A stretch of DNA of 63,438 nucleotides, counting the filler, from Anaerolineae bacterium (GTDB lineage: Bacteria > Chloroflexota > Anaerolineae > Epilineales > Epilineaceae), in the NCBI GenBank assembly GCA_029262755.1. It is 5 parts of 5 records of this genome, joined end to end, with 100 filler letters (N's around TTAATTAATTAA, not from the genome) between each part and the next. Parts side by side here need not be neighbours in the genome. Positions count along the whole stretch, not along the records: positions 1 to 16,134 come from JAJCYU010000161.1; 4 more parts are not named here. One strand, 5' to 3'. Within the stretch, counting starts at the first letter, position 1. Each line of letters begins with the position of its first letter. Made by a program: the position numbers and the translations under genes. Under the pieces are notes generated by a model, which worked only from the letters and a program-made list of their open reading frames with translations, had not been told where the DNA came from and did no database searches. Shown here one piece after another: positions 1 to 9,289 of this stretch.

Positions 1-436
1 GGCGGCGACGGCGGCGATCATCCACGTACGTGTGCGCGGGATTCGCGACGCGCCGTACATTGAGGCTGCGCGTGCTCTGGGTGCCGGGGAGGGCTTTATC
101 GTACGCCGCCATGTCGTGCCGCACGTGCGAACGCTGATTCCGATCTTGGCGGCATTCGAGATCGGCGGATCGCTCCTGCTGCTCGGCGAGCTTGGTTTCC
201 TCGGTTTCTATCTCAATGGCGGCGCAACGAGGTTCGTGGCTCGGGCGGATTCAGCAGGCGCGTGGGCTGTTTCCGTGGCGGGTACGCCGGAGCTCGGTCA
301 ACTGCTGTCTGGAGGATGGCAGAACTTCTACCAGACACCGTGGCTGGCACTATGGGGCGGCGCGGCCTTCTTCCTAGCGGTGTTCGCCTTCATGAGCCTC
401 GGGGAGGGTCTCAAGCGACTGATCGCGTTGCCCTAG
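1..436 (+). CDS. ABC peptide/nickel transporter permease (DppC/OppC-like), 5'-truncated
   Basis: EAA loop (YIEAARALGA..IVRRHVVP), LGFLG motif and C-terminal TM helix ending in GEGL; runs in from the window edge. Confidence 0.85.
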   Translation, partial: AATAAIIHVRVRGIRDAPYIEAARALGAGEGFIVRRHVVPHVRTLIPILAAFEIGGSLLLLGELGFLGFYLNGGATRFVARADSAGAWAVSVAGTPELGQLLSGGWQNFYQTPWLALWGGAAFFLAVFAFMSLGEGLKRLIALP

Positions 437-498
437 TTCGTACATGTGCACGCGCTGATTGTCTCACGCTAAGTTGGTATACAGGGAGCGCTGAGATC

Positions 499-3273
499 CT
501 ACGGAGCGCGAAGTTGGTTCGGGTGAGCGAGGCCCTCGACGTTGGGGATCGCCCCGGAGTCCAGCCACGATGTCCTCGAGGCATCCGGCCGTAGTATCAA
601 AATGCGTACGGGACCCGTCACCTCCTCCCGTCCAAACATTTGGGCTATGTCGCCACCCCGGCCGTAGAGGGCGAGCTGATCGTCGTAGTGATCGCTCGCG
701 GGATGGCCCGATGATCCCCCTGCAAAAATCCAACGGTCGTCGCTTTCGATGGCTCGATTCCCTTCCCCTTCGATGAGGCCGGTTCCGTGATCCATAGGGC
801 CGGGACGCACGATCTGGCGGAAGCCCGGCATATGGGTGTGGTCGTAGGGTTCCGACCAGTCTACCGGTCCCGCGTTCGGGCTGAAGGCGTCGCCGCCCGC
901 CCGCAGGCTGCGATGAACGAGGGGTCGAAGCCAGCGCACTTGAGAGAGGGGTGCGTGGGAAAGCTGGGTCCGGTGAACATCGCCCCAACGCCACGATTCC
1001 ATGCGCGGCCCGTGCATTTCCGCCAGCTCGTCCAAGGCGGCGGTCAGCGCCCGAGCCGCCGTCTCCGCACACGATTCGACCACAAGCGACCCGCGATCGT
1101 CGCACCAACGCGCGTCTGGGAGCGATCCAAAGGGCCCGAGCACGTTGGGTTGCGGTGATGCCAGTTGCGTTGGGCGCACCATTCCCGTTTCTCGACGCGC
1201 GCCCTGCGTTCGTGGAAGAGAGGAGTCGAGCAAGGCCAACAGGAACGTGGACTGCCTGCGGTGGAGCCCTTCCGCCGCGCGCCACGCGAGACCGTCATCC
1301 GCGCCGAGATCGTCGTCGACGACTGCGAGGAGCAGATGCCGCTGCCAAGCCTGCAGGATGGAAGGGCCGATGTCGTCCGGTCTGTTGACACCGTCCCAGC
1401 GTGCCAACATGGTCATGGCACGTCGTTCCCGATCCGTCGCGTTGTCGAGCGGTACGCGCAGCAGGATCATCCGCAAGCGCGCCGCGTAGTCACTGCCCAC
1501 ATCGTGTTGGATTGCGCGCATTTGGGTTGTATCCAGTGGGACGCCTGCCTCGATCGCGGCGCTCAACGTGCGCGCGATCCGGTTGGCGCGGAATGGGGGA
1601 GCCCAGTCTTCGCCTAGGAACGGGCCGGTGCTCGGTGCGGGCGGCCTTTGGTTGGCCGACACGATGTATCCGCGCGGGGGATTGGTCTCGGCCGGAAGCT
1701 CTTCATAGGCGATATAGCGCGGCGCTTCGGCTGCAGCGAGCCAACCCGGGATCGGAAGACGGCCGGCACCATCCGCGCGGCGCGGAACGCGACCTGTGGT
1801 GCGCCAGCCGATGGAGCCCTTCGAGTCCGCCCAAACGACGTTCATCGGCGGGGCCACCCACTGCCGCAGGGCTGCGTCTATCGAGGCTTCGTCCACGGCA
1901 TGGTTCAGGCCGACGAAGGCGTCGAAGGTGGTGTCGCCGCCATCGAGCGCGCTCCATCGAAGCGCGAGCGCGGTCGGGGCCTCCTCGGCCAGTTCACCCC
2001 AAGCGGCGTCCTCCGTCACGTCCGAAAGCAGCGGTCCGTTATGGGTGGCGCGTACCACGAGACGCTCTTCTTCGTGTCGGCCACGCACGGCGATACGCTC
2101 CTCGCGCAGCAGCAACGGGCGCCATCCCTCGCTCGCACGGTACTGATCGGGCGTTGCCGGGTCGAGACGTTCGACGACCCAGTCCTGGACGTCCGCGCCG
2201 AGGTTCGTCAGGCCCCACGCCACGTGGCGGCTGCGGCCGATGGCGATCAGCGGTAGACCCGGTAGAGAGGCGCCGGCAACATGCAGCTGATCGCCTTGCA
2301 ACTCGATCAAGTACCAGGGCGAAGGCAACTGCGCTCCGAGATGTGGATCGTTTGCAACGATCGGACGACCGTCCGTGGTATGCCTTCCCGCGACGACCCA
2401 CGCATTGCTGCCCGCATCGTAGCTGCCGAAACCGCCAAGCGCGCGCAGCTGGTCGCCGAGCAGCGCCAGCCCCTCGATCGACCCATGGGCGGGCACCTCG
2501 GAGGGGGCCACCGGGAACGGTGCAGCCGGGAAAAGTTCGTCCGCGCGCTCCGATCCGACCGCTCTGTGAATGCGCATGCGGAGCAACTCGAGCTGCTGGT
2601 TGCCGCCCAGATTCCACGCCAACATCTTTGTCCAGGCGATGGAATCCGCCGGCGTCCATGGTGCTGGCCGGGGCGCGCGCAGGATCCGAAATTCGGGGGG
2701 CAGGCTTGGCGAGGTCGCCAGATACGCGTTGACCCCGTCGGCATAGGCCTGCAGCACACGCCGGGACCTCTCCGGCAGCTCCTCCGCCGCGCGCTGCGCC
2801 GCGCGGTGTACGCCAAGCGTGCGCAGGAAGCGATCGATGTCCAACGTCTCCTCGCCGATCAGCTCGCTCAGCCGCCCGGCGGAGATCCTTCGCTGCCACT
2901 CCATCTGCCACAGTCGATCCTGCGAGTGCACCCAACCTTGCGCCATCGCGGCATCGTGATCGGAGCCGGCCACGATATGGGGAATGCCGAACGCGTCGCG
3001 GCGGATCTCCACCGGTGATGCGAGTCCAGGCAACAGGGCTTCGCCCTCGAGTTGCGGTAGGCCGCTTCGCCAGAGCGCGAGCGCAGTGCTGCCCGCAAGC
3101 GCGAGCACCGCGGAGCAGAGCACGCCGGCACGTCGCAACCAGCGATTGCGTTGCGGACGGCGCCGGCGGCTCGAAATGGCGCGGCGTTCGGAGCTGGGCA
3201 GCGGTCGGGCGCCCTCTGGGACCGCGGTTCCTCCTGATCGCGCAACGACGTGCGATCGATAGGTGGTATCCAT
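499..3273 (-). CDS. Penicillin acylase family (S45) Ntn-hydrolase with N-terminal membrane anchor
   Basis: RDAFGIPHI, QDRLWQME, beta-subunit N-terminal nucleophile G-SNAWVV, ANDPHL, SANQR, SGHPASDHYDDQ. Confidence 0.93.
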   Translation of the reverse strand: MDTTYRSHVVARSGGTAVPEGARPLPSSERRAISSRRRRPQRNRWLRRAGVLCSAVLALAGSTALALWRSGLPQLEGEALLPGLASPVEIRRDAFGIPHIVAGSDHDAAMAQGWVHSQDRLWQMEWQRRISAGRLSELIGEETLDIDRFLRTLGVHRAAQRAAEELPERSRRVLQAYADGVNAYLATSPSLPPEFRILRAPRPAPWTPADSIAWTKMLAWNLGGNQQLELLRMRIHRAVGSERADELFPAAPFPVAPSEVPAHGSIEGLALLGDQLRALGGFGSYDAGSNAWVVAGRHTTDGRPIVANDPHLGAQLPSPWYLIELQGDQLHVAGASLPGLPLIAIGRSRHVAWGLTNLGADVQDWVVERLDPATPDQYRASEGWRPLLLREERIAVRGRHEEERLVVRATHNGPLLSDVTEDAAWGELAEEAPTALALRWSALDGGDTTFDAFVGLNHAVDEASIDAALRQWVAPPMNVVWADSKGSIGWRTTGRVPRRADGAGRLPIPGWLAAAEAPRYIAYEELPAETNPPRGYIVSANQRPPAPSTGPFLGEDWAPPFRANRIARTLSAAIEAGVPLDTTQMRAIQHDVGSDYAARLRMILLRVPLDNATDRERRAMTMLARWDGVNRPDDIGPSILQAWQRHLLLAVVDDDLGADDGLAWRAAEGLHRRQSTFLLALLDSSLPRTQGARRETGMVRPTQLASPQPNVLGPFGSLPDARWCDDRGSLVVESCAETAARALTAALDELAEMHGPRMESWRWGDVHRTQLSHAPLSQVRWLRPLVHRSLRAGGDAFSPNAGPVDWSEPYDHTHMPGFRQIVRPGPMDHGTGLIEGEGNRAIESDDRWIFAGGSSGHPASDHYDDQLALYGRGGDIAQMFGREEVTGPVRILILRPDASRTSWLDSGAIPNVEGLAHPNQLRAP

Positions 3274-3278
3274 CGCGA

Positions 3279-3764
3279 TCAGGTTCCTGGCGCGGTCCCC
3301 GGCTTGAGGCGCTTGGATTCAAAACGACCATGGCCGATCAGGTATTGCAGCCAACTGCGAACAGCCAATGGACCGAATGTGTTGTGGGCGACGCGGTGCG
3401 CGGGATCGACGTTTGCATCGTGCAGCTCGGCCGCAAGCACGAGCGTGTTGTGTCGCGCGTCGAGGAAGACATCGTGCAAGGCACGCAGCGAGAGGTCATC
3501 CGCCGGCCGGTACCCGTCATACTCTTCGTCGTTGAAGGCTTCGCCGAGGGCAACACGAAGTCGGCGTTGGGCCCACACTTCGATTCCGATCAAATGGGCC
3601 GTCTGGGCGCGATTCTTGGGCGTGTCTGCGCCGGCGCCGATGCGATCGGCGACGAATTTTGCATTCGTTTCAAGTTCGCGCTGGAGCGTGGGGATGTCCT
3701 TGCTACCGGCATGCCGGTCGACAATGGCCCAGCGGACGAAGCGCAGAAACAGGGTGCGAAGCAT
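3279..3764 (-). CDS. DinB/YfiT-like four-helix-bundle protein
   Basis: GGAGG RBS before ATG at 3764; HLIGIE...HNTFGPLAVRSWLQYLIGH pattern. Confidence 0.65.
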   Translation of the reverse strand: MLRTLFLRFVRWAIVDRHAGSKDIPTLQRELETNAKFVADRIGAGADTPKNRAQTAHLIGIEVWAQRRLRVALGEAFNDEEYDGYRPADDLSLRALHDVFLDARHNTLVLAAELHDANVDPAHRVAHNTFGPLAVRSWLQYLIGHGRFESKRLKPGTAPGT

Positions 3765-3886
3765 GTGTGCCTCCAAGCGGAACGTACGATGCGAGCGACG
3801 GAACGCGCCGTGATCGGAACCCTTCAGCGTCACGAGCGGCGCACGGTGCGATTCTAGCCCATCGCACCTTGGAACAGCCGACCCGA

Positions 3887-6800
3887 TCAGGGCGCGGGCG
3901 CCGGTGGGCGCCCGGGGCTCAGCCGATCGCCGGTGGCCGTCCAGGCTGCCGGATCGCTCCCGAAACGGAGCATCTCGACGCGCTCGAAGGCCATGGCTCC
4001 TCCCGCAGGAAGACCCACGCCTTCGGACACCGGCCACGGCGCCCGGTCGCTGTACTCCAACTCGTCCACAATGATCCATGCGCTGGAATCGTGGAGGGCA
4101 GCGCCAGGTGAGGCGTCCGGCCGAGTCCGCGCGAGGACCACGCGTTCGCCTTCGTCTGCGAGCCGACCGGACCACGGGCCGACGACGGGAACACTACGTG
4201 GCACGTTGTGCCGGGCACGGAACGCGGCCGGATCGCCGCCCGTCACCACGAGCCTGCCACGGGATGCGATGAGCGCGCCTGGAGGAAAGCGCAGCTGGAC
4301 ACCGGAGATGAACGCCCACGTTTCGCCGCCGCCGCCCGCGGGTCCGGGTGCGAGGGCCAGGGTGTCCTCCCCGAGGTTGCGAAGCTCGATGAATTCGTCC
4401 GCGCGAGGATCCGCTTCGTAGGCCGGCCGGATCTGGATCTCCGCGATCGCAGCGGACCCCGGCAACGGCGCGGCGTTCGGTGCGCCGCCACGGAACGATT
4501 CGCGCGGCAAGCCGGCCGGTGGCTCACCGCCCATCGTGATATCGCGCAGCGCAGAGAAATGGCTACCCGCTGCGCTTCGATGACGGCCCCACGACACGTT
4601 GGGCGCCTGAGGCCCGTAGGTCGCGCCGCGGACATCGCCCGTCGGCCCGCTCGCGCCCCTGGGGACGAGCAAGACCGTGCCTCCCCGCTCGTCGAGGATC
4701 GGCGATGCTTGGTCGCCCGCGCCTCCGGCTCCTTCCGCATTCAGCGCCGGCCCACCGATCACCATGCGCTCACCGGGCTGCAACCGCAAAAAGGCGGGTA
4801 GGACCGCGGTTGCACCGTTGGTACGTGCATCGCGCAGCTGCCAACCCCGCAGATCCGCCGTGGTTCGGCCAAGATTCAGCAGCTCGATGCCCTGGCGAGC
4901 CGGTGACGCGTCGGCGAGCAGCTCGTTGATCACAACCAGCGGGGGCTGCTGCGGATCGGGATGCCCAGGGCTGCCGCCGAACGAGGCGGAGCCGCGCCAC
5001 GTCTCGGGATCGTCCGCCGTGCCGGCCGACGCACCGGACTCGCGCACGAGGCTCGGACCCTCGCCATCCGCCGCGCGCGGCCAGGCTCCGTCGTCGCGAT
5101 AGCGCACGGCATGGACCACGTGGCCTTTGGCGGATTCCAGGCTCAGCCGCTCCCCGGAATTGCTCAAGCTGCCGGGGTATGCGAGTGGAGTGCGGTCGAG
5201 CCCGGCGAAGCGTTGCAGCGCTCCCGGGTTGCGCGCGACCACAACGTAGTCGTGCGCGCCGATCGTGACACCCGCGGGAAACGTCAACCCGATTCCACGC
5301 ACGCGCCATCCGGACAGGTCGATCGCGAGCGGCTCGTAGTTGTGCAGCTCGAGGAATTCCGTGGACCCCGCGCCGTCGCCGTCGCCGTCGCCGTCGGATG
5401 GGTGGTAGTGGATTTCGCTGATGCGCACGTCCGGGATCCCGAAGCGCGCCTCCACCTGGGCGCTCCACGTCGCGCCGGCACGCGCTCGGGCGCGCACGCG
5501 CACCATCCCGGAACCCACCGGCATGGTGATCTTTCCTTCCGCCGGTCGGGCCGAACTCGAGAACGATCCGTCCGGCATACGCGGATCGCTGCCGTCCACG
5601 GTATACCACGCAATACCGGAGCGGGCATTCGGGCAGCTTCGTGCCGGATCACCAGGAAGCACGCGTACGGCTGTCGGCAATCGGTGAGGCTCGGGCTCGG
5701 CATTGGGCTCGGCCTCAATCCGAGGGGTGACGACAGCCGGATAGAGACCCTCGCGGCAGAGCTGAGAGCGGACGGTGGCGGGCCGTTCTGCCAGAAACGC
5801 GACAACGCGCTCGACTTCGGGCCGCCATACACCGTCCCGGGTCACGGGTGCGCCAACGCCCGCCATTCTCCAGAAATCCTCCCAGATCTCCGCCCCGTGG
5901 GTCAACGCCAGCGCCGATGGCGGATGGTCACCCCAACGCGCAGATTCCGCGATGATCGGCAGATCGAGGCGCGCGGCAAGCGCGCGATAGCGGGCCATGC
6001 TGCGCGCCGCGGAGAGCGCTCCGCTCGCTGCCAAGTGTCGTTCGGCCCGGTCCGCGAAGCGCAGCCGATAGTTCGGATCCTGACGCAACCGACCATGCAG
6101 GCCGCCGACACCGTAGCTGTCGGCGACGTCCACACGCACCTTGGCATCGTGAAAGCGATGGCGCGGCGACAGCAGGTCGAGCACGTTCTCGAAATCCCAT
6201 ACGAAGAAGACAAAGCCGTCGCCATCCGGCGCGTCCCTGCGCCGCGCCGCGCGCCAGTTGTCGCCGAACTCCGCATTGCCGACGAACATCTGCAGGAGGC
6301 TGAAGTCGATGTACGCGTCCACGTCCAACAGACGGTGGATCTCGCGCAGGCCCGCGTTGCCCGGCTTGTCGCGCGCGGCAAGAAGGGCGTCGAACGCGGC
6401 CCGCGTACCGTCCTCGATCCCGTCCTCTCCGCCGGCGGTGGGCTTGACGACATCCCACAAGTCGGGGTCTCCGCCGCGGTGCGCCGCTACGAAGTCCGAG
6501 GTCGGCTCCTCGCTCACATCGTAGACGCCCCAATACAGACCGTTGAGATACACATGGGCGAATCGACCTCGAGCGGCCAGCATGCCCATCGCGGCCTGCG
6601 TCTCCCGCGCCCAACGATCCCGCATGTACTGGGCTCGGTCCGGCACGTACAGCATGGAATCGTTGAACACGGCGCGCAGACGCAGGACGTCGAAGCGGCT
6701 GACCCGCGAACCGGCGAACAGTGGGTATTCAAGCTTGGCGGGACCGTGGCGCCGCGTGAAGCGAAGGCTAAAGCTTTTCTTGGGAGTCGAAACGTGCTTG

Positions 6801-7594
6801 CGGCTCGCATTGCCCGCAACCCGCAGGCCGGCGTCGATCTGAAACGGTGCTTCCGCCGAGCCTGGGGGCGGTAGCCATTCGGCCGATACCGCGCGCTCCC
6901 ACGCGACGCCGCGCTCTGTGGGACGGGCGTAGATGCCACGTACGGGGTCGTGGAGATCGCCCGGCTCCAAGGCAAGTGACAAGGAGGGCAGGGCCCGCAG
7001 CGCGGACCGCCACGACGAGGCGCCGGCCTCGGTCTCCGTGCGCGCAACACGTGGATCCACAGCGTAGTCGGCCGCGACGAACTGACCCTGGAGGTGGCTC
7101 TCCTGGTAGCGCCCCCACGTGCTCGGCCAGCCTGGGGGTAAGGGCGGCTGGTGGGCGACGGCGGCCGGGAGGATGAACGTCCACGTGCCTACCTCGCTAT
7201 CGAGCCATCCGCGTCGGCGCGCAAAGGCGCGAATCACCGTCGTCTGCGCCACGAGCACGGGACGCGCGTATTCGAATACTACGTCGCTCCCCTCGTCCGC
7301 GGTCGAGCCGCCGACCCCCGCGTCCGTACGCGCGTCCGCTCTCGCCCGCGGACTGGAGCCGTCTAGGGTGAAATAGATCGTTGCATCCGAAGTATTGGTG
7401 TGCAACGCGACGTGGAGCGGAGCGGCGTGGAGTCCGCGGGGCGGGTCGGCCGTCACGCGGGTGACGCGAGGGACGCGCGGCGTGTGTACCCAGGGCAGGT
7501 AGAGTGAACCATCCGCGGCAAATGTCGACCCGGTCGCGACCACGCTTAGGCAGATCGCGATCGTCGCCGCGACCGCGTTGCGATGACCGTTCAA
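3887..7594 (-). CDS. Secreted CotH-family kinase with FN3/chitobiase-like and three lamin-tail (LTD) domains
   Basis: Signal peptide; IYFTLDGS and WYTVDGSDP; VYLNGLYWGVY and FVWDFE (CotH); ISEIHYHP..EFLEL, VVINEL, IAEIQ..EFIEL (LTD); TTG start overlaps upstream stop. Confidence 0.88.
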   Translation of the reverse strand: MNGHRNAVAATIAICLSVVATGSTFAADGSLYLPWVHTPRVPRVTRVTADPPRGLHAAPLHVALHTNTSDATIYFTLDGSSPRARADARTDAGVGGSTADEGSDVVFEYARPVLVAQTTVIRAFARRRGWLDSEVGTWTFILPAAVAHQPPLPPGWPSTWGRYQESHLQGQFVAADYAVDPRVARTETEAGASSWRSALRALPSLSLALEPGDLHDPVRGIYARPTERGVAWERAVSAEWLPPPGSAEAPFQIDAGLRVAGNASRKHVSTPKKSFSLRFTRRHGPAKLEYPLFAGSRVSRFDVLRLRAVFNDSMLYVPDRAQYMRDRWARETQAAMGMLAARGRFAHVYLNGLYWGVYDVSEEPTSDFVAAHRGGDPDLWDVVKPTAGGEDGIEDGTRAAFDALLAARDKPGNAGLREIHRLLDVDAYIDFSLLQMFVGNAEFGDNWRAARRRDAPDGDGFVFFVWDFENVLDLLSPRHRFHDAKVRVDVADSYGVGGLHGRLRQDPNYRLRFADRAERHLAASGALSAARSMARYRALAARLDLPIIAESARWGDHPPSALALTHGAEIWEDFWRMAGVGAPVTRDGVWRPEVERVVAFLAERPATVRSQLCREGLYPAVVTPRIEAEPNAEPEPHRLPTAVRVLPGDPARSCPNARSGIAWYTVDGSDPRMPDGSFSSSARPAEGKITMPVGSGMVRVRARARAGATWSAQVEARFGIPDVRISEIHYHPSDGDGDGDGAGSTEFLELHNYEPLAIDLSGWRVRGIGLTFPAGVTIGAHDYVVVARNPGALQRFAGLDRTPLAYPGSLSNSGERLSLESAKGHVVHAVRYRDDGAWPRAADGEGPSLVRESGASAGTADDPETWRGSASFGGSPGHPDPQQPPLVVINELLADASPARQGIELLNLGRTTADLRGWQLRDARTNGATAVLPAFLRLQPGERMVIGGPALNAEGAGGAGDQASPILDERGGTVLLVPRGASGPTGDVRGATYGPQAPNVSWGRHRSAAGSHFSALRDITMGGEPPAGLPRESFRGGAPNAAPLPGSAAIAEIQIRPAYEADPRADEFIELRNLGEDTLALAPGPAGGGGETWAFISGVQLRFPPGALIASRGRLVVTGGDPAAFRARHNVPRSVPVVGPWSGRLADEGERVVLARTRPDASPGAALHDSSAWIIVDELEYSDRAPWPVSEGVGLPAGGAMAFERVEMLRFGSDPAAWTATGDRLSPGRPPAPAP

Positions 7595-8658
7595 TAGCCG
7601 CGCTCGAGATCGACCAGATTCAAGGGCGTTCGGTCCGCAGCAATCCGGCGGATGTTCTCGACTACCTCATCCCAACGCTCCAGATCGCCGAAGGGCGATG
7701 CCGCTCGATGCGGGCTGAGCACCACGTTGCGCAACGCATGAAACGGATGCGCGACCGCGTCGAAGGGAAAGGCGCGGCCCGCGTCGTCCGAGTCGGGCTT
7801 GTAGTTCCACCATACGTCGATGGCGGCGCCACCGATCGTGCCGTCGGCCAACGCTGCGTACAGTGCCGCCTCGTCGACAATGGGGCCGCGTGCGGTGTGT
7901 ACGAGCAGACCATGGGGCCCGAGACGCGCGAGCTCACGAGCGCCGAGCATGCCCTGCGTCCGGTCCGTCAAGGGCAGGGCGGTCACGAGCACGTCGACGG
8001 TATCCAGGAAATCCGCGAGTTGAACGGGGGTGAATCGGGACAAGGGGGTCGCGGGGTCGATCTGTGCCTCTCCCGGTCCGCGCTCGCGCTCCTCCGATGT
8101 CCAGCTCGTTCGAAGAGCCGCGAAGCGCAGATCGAATCCCGATAGCATGGTGTGGACCCAGCGGTTGACTGCCCCGTAGCCAAGCAGGCCGACGGTCCGG
8201 CCCCGCAGATGGACCGAAGGCGCATCGGCGTCGCCTTTGCGCCACGCGCCGTCCGCAAGCCACTGATGATGGCGCACGATTTGGTTGCTCAACGCGAGCA
8301 GGAGCGCGACGGCGCCTTGCGCCGTTGCGTAGCTGTTGCCGTGCCCGTTGATCAGACGCACGGGCACGCTCCGCCCTTCATTCAGCAGCCGAAGCGGTGG
8401 GGCCACATGCTGTACGCCCGCGCCCGGGTTGATCCAGAATCGGAGCTTCGACGCTGCCTTCAGGAGCTCTTCGTCCGGCCGCCAACCCACGAGCACATGC
8501 GCTTGCGGGGCTGCTTCCAGTACCGCGTCCCGGCTGCCTGCCTCCGGGAATATGAGCCTTGCCATACCACCGGCGCCAGTCTGCAACCGAGCTCGCACTG
8601 CACCCGGCACATCCCAAAGAAACAGGACGACGAGCGCGCTGTCTTGTGGAGTCTTCAT
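7591..8658 (-). CDS. D-isomer-specific 2-hydroxyacid dehydrogenase
   Basis: GLLGYGAVN Rossmann motif, LPLTDRT, TARG, AIDVW, SPH; start may be 8682. Confidence 0.9.
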   Translation of the reverse strand: MKTPQDSALVVLFLWDVPGAVRARLQTGAGGMARLIFPEAGSRDAVLEAAPQAHVLVGWRPDEELLKAASKLRFWINPGAGVQHVAPPLRLLNEGRSVPVRLINGHGNSYATAQGAVALLLALSNQIVRHHQWLADGAWRKGDADAPSVHLRGRTVGLLGYGAVNRWVHTMLSGFDLRFAALRTSWTSEERERGPGEAQIDPATPLSRFTPVQLADFLDTVDVLVTALPLTDRTQGMLGARELARLGPHGLLVHTARGPIVDEAALYAALADGTIGGAAIDVWWNYKPDSDDAGRAFPFDAVAHPFHALRNVVLSPHRAASPFGDLERWDEVVENIRRIAADRTPLNLVDLERGY

Positions 8659-8887
8659 GACCTGCTCACGTGTCCCTTGCACCTAGAAATGCTGACGGAT
8701 GGACTTCGCCGTTGTTCGTGGCCGCTATCGGCGGCGGAGCGTATCACGAGGGCGTGGAGGCACCAACACACGGCCACGTGCTGAGCAGGGCCTCCGAGCT
8801 GCGTCGCTCGGCCGGCCGCGGGATTGGTCGTGCCGTGGCTTCACGATGGGGCCTCATGGTGTGATGTTTCGCCCGCGAAATTCACCC

Positions 8888-8916
8888 TTGCGCGGCCTTT
8901 CTTCATGCGGTATGCT
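8888..8916 (+). promoter_or_regulatory. Putative sigma70 promoter
   Basis: TTGCGC, 17-nt spacer, TATGCT. Confidence 0.5.
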
Positions 8917-8938
8917 GGCGATGCTGCATCTTGTTCCC

Positions 8939-8984
8939 CGGGCAAGGGCGTGGGAGACGCGAGTCCCTTCCGCGCCCTTGTTCG
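8939..8984 (+). terminator. Long GC-rich hairpin capped by GAC-GCGA-GTC (terminator or attenuator-like)
   Basis: CGGGCAAGGGCGTGGGA pairs with TTCCGCGCCCTTGTTCG (some G-U pairs); only a short T tail. Confidence 0.4.
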
Positions 8985-8988
8985 TTAA

Positions 8989-9147
8989 AGGCTCGCCCGA
9001 TAATAATCTCCGCGATTTGGCCACCGCCGTGTCGCCCCAGCGGAGGGCTGTTCCTCGGCAGTTACGCTGCTATTCCCTCGTCACCGCGAATCACCGGAAC
9101 GCCACTGCGGCGCCCTCGGTCTGCGGATCTTGTTACCGGGCGAGCCC
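8989..9147. mobile_element. Putative MITE (IS5/Harbinger-like ends), 159 bp
   Basis: Terminal inverted repeats AGGCTCGCCCGATAATAA and GGGCTCGCCCGGTAACAA (15/18 match); TAA on both flanks (8986-8988, 9148-9150); no transposase. Confidence 0.65.
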
Positions 9148-9289
9148 TAAAGCAGCTAGGGCGAAGACCGCGCAGAAATGGGGTCGTGTGTGGCAGGTCC
9201 TTCGCCGGCTCCGTTCCCGTTCCCTCGCCTAGGTACGCGTACGTGACGCATATTGCGGGCGAATGCTTGCACGCGGCTGGAGCACTCCC

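Noticed and set aside
5370..5396. (CGCCGT)n hexamer repeat
   Set aside because: Short in-frame Asp-Gly run in an LTD loop; cannot shift the frame
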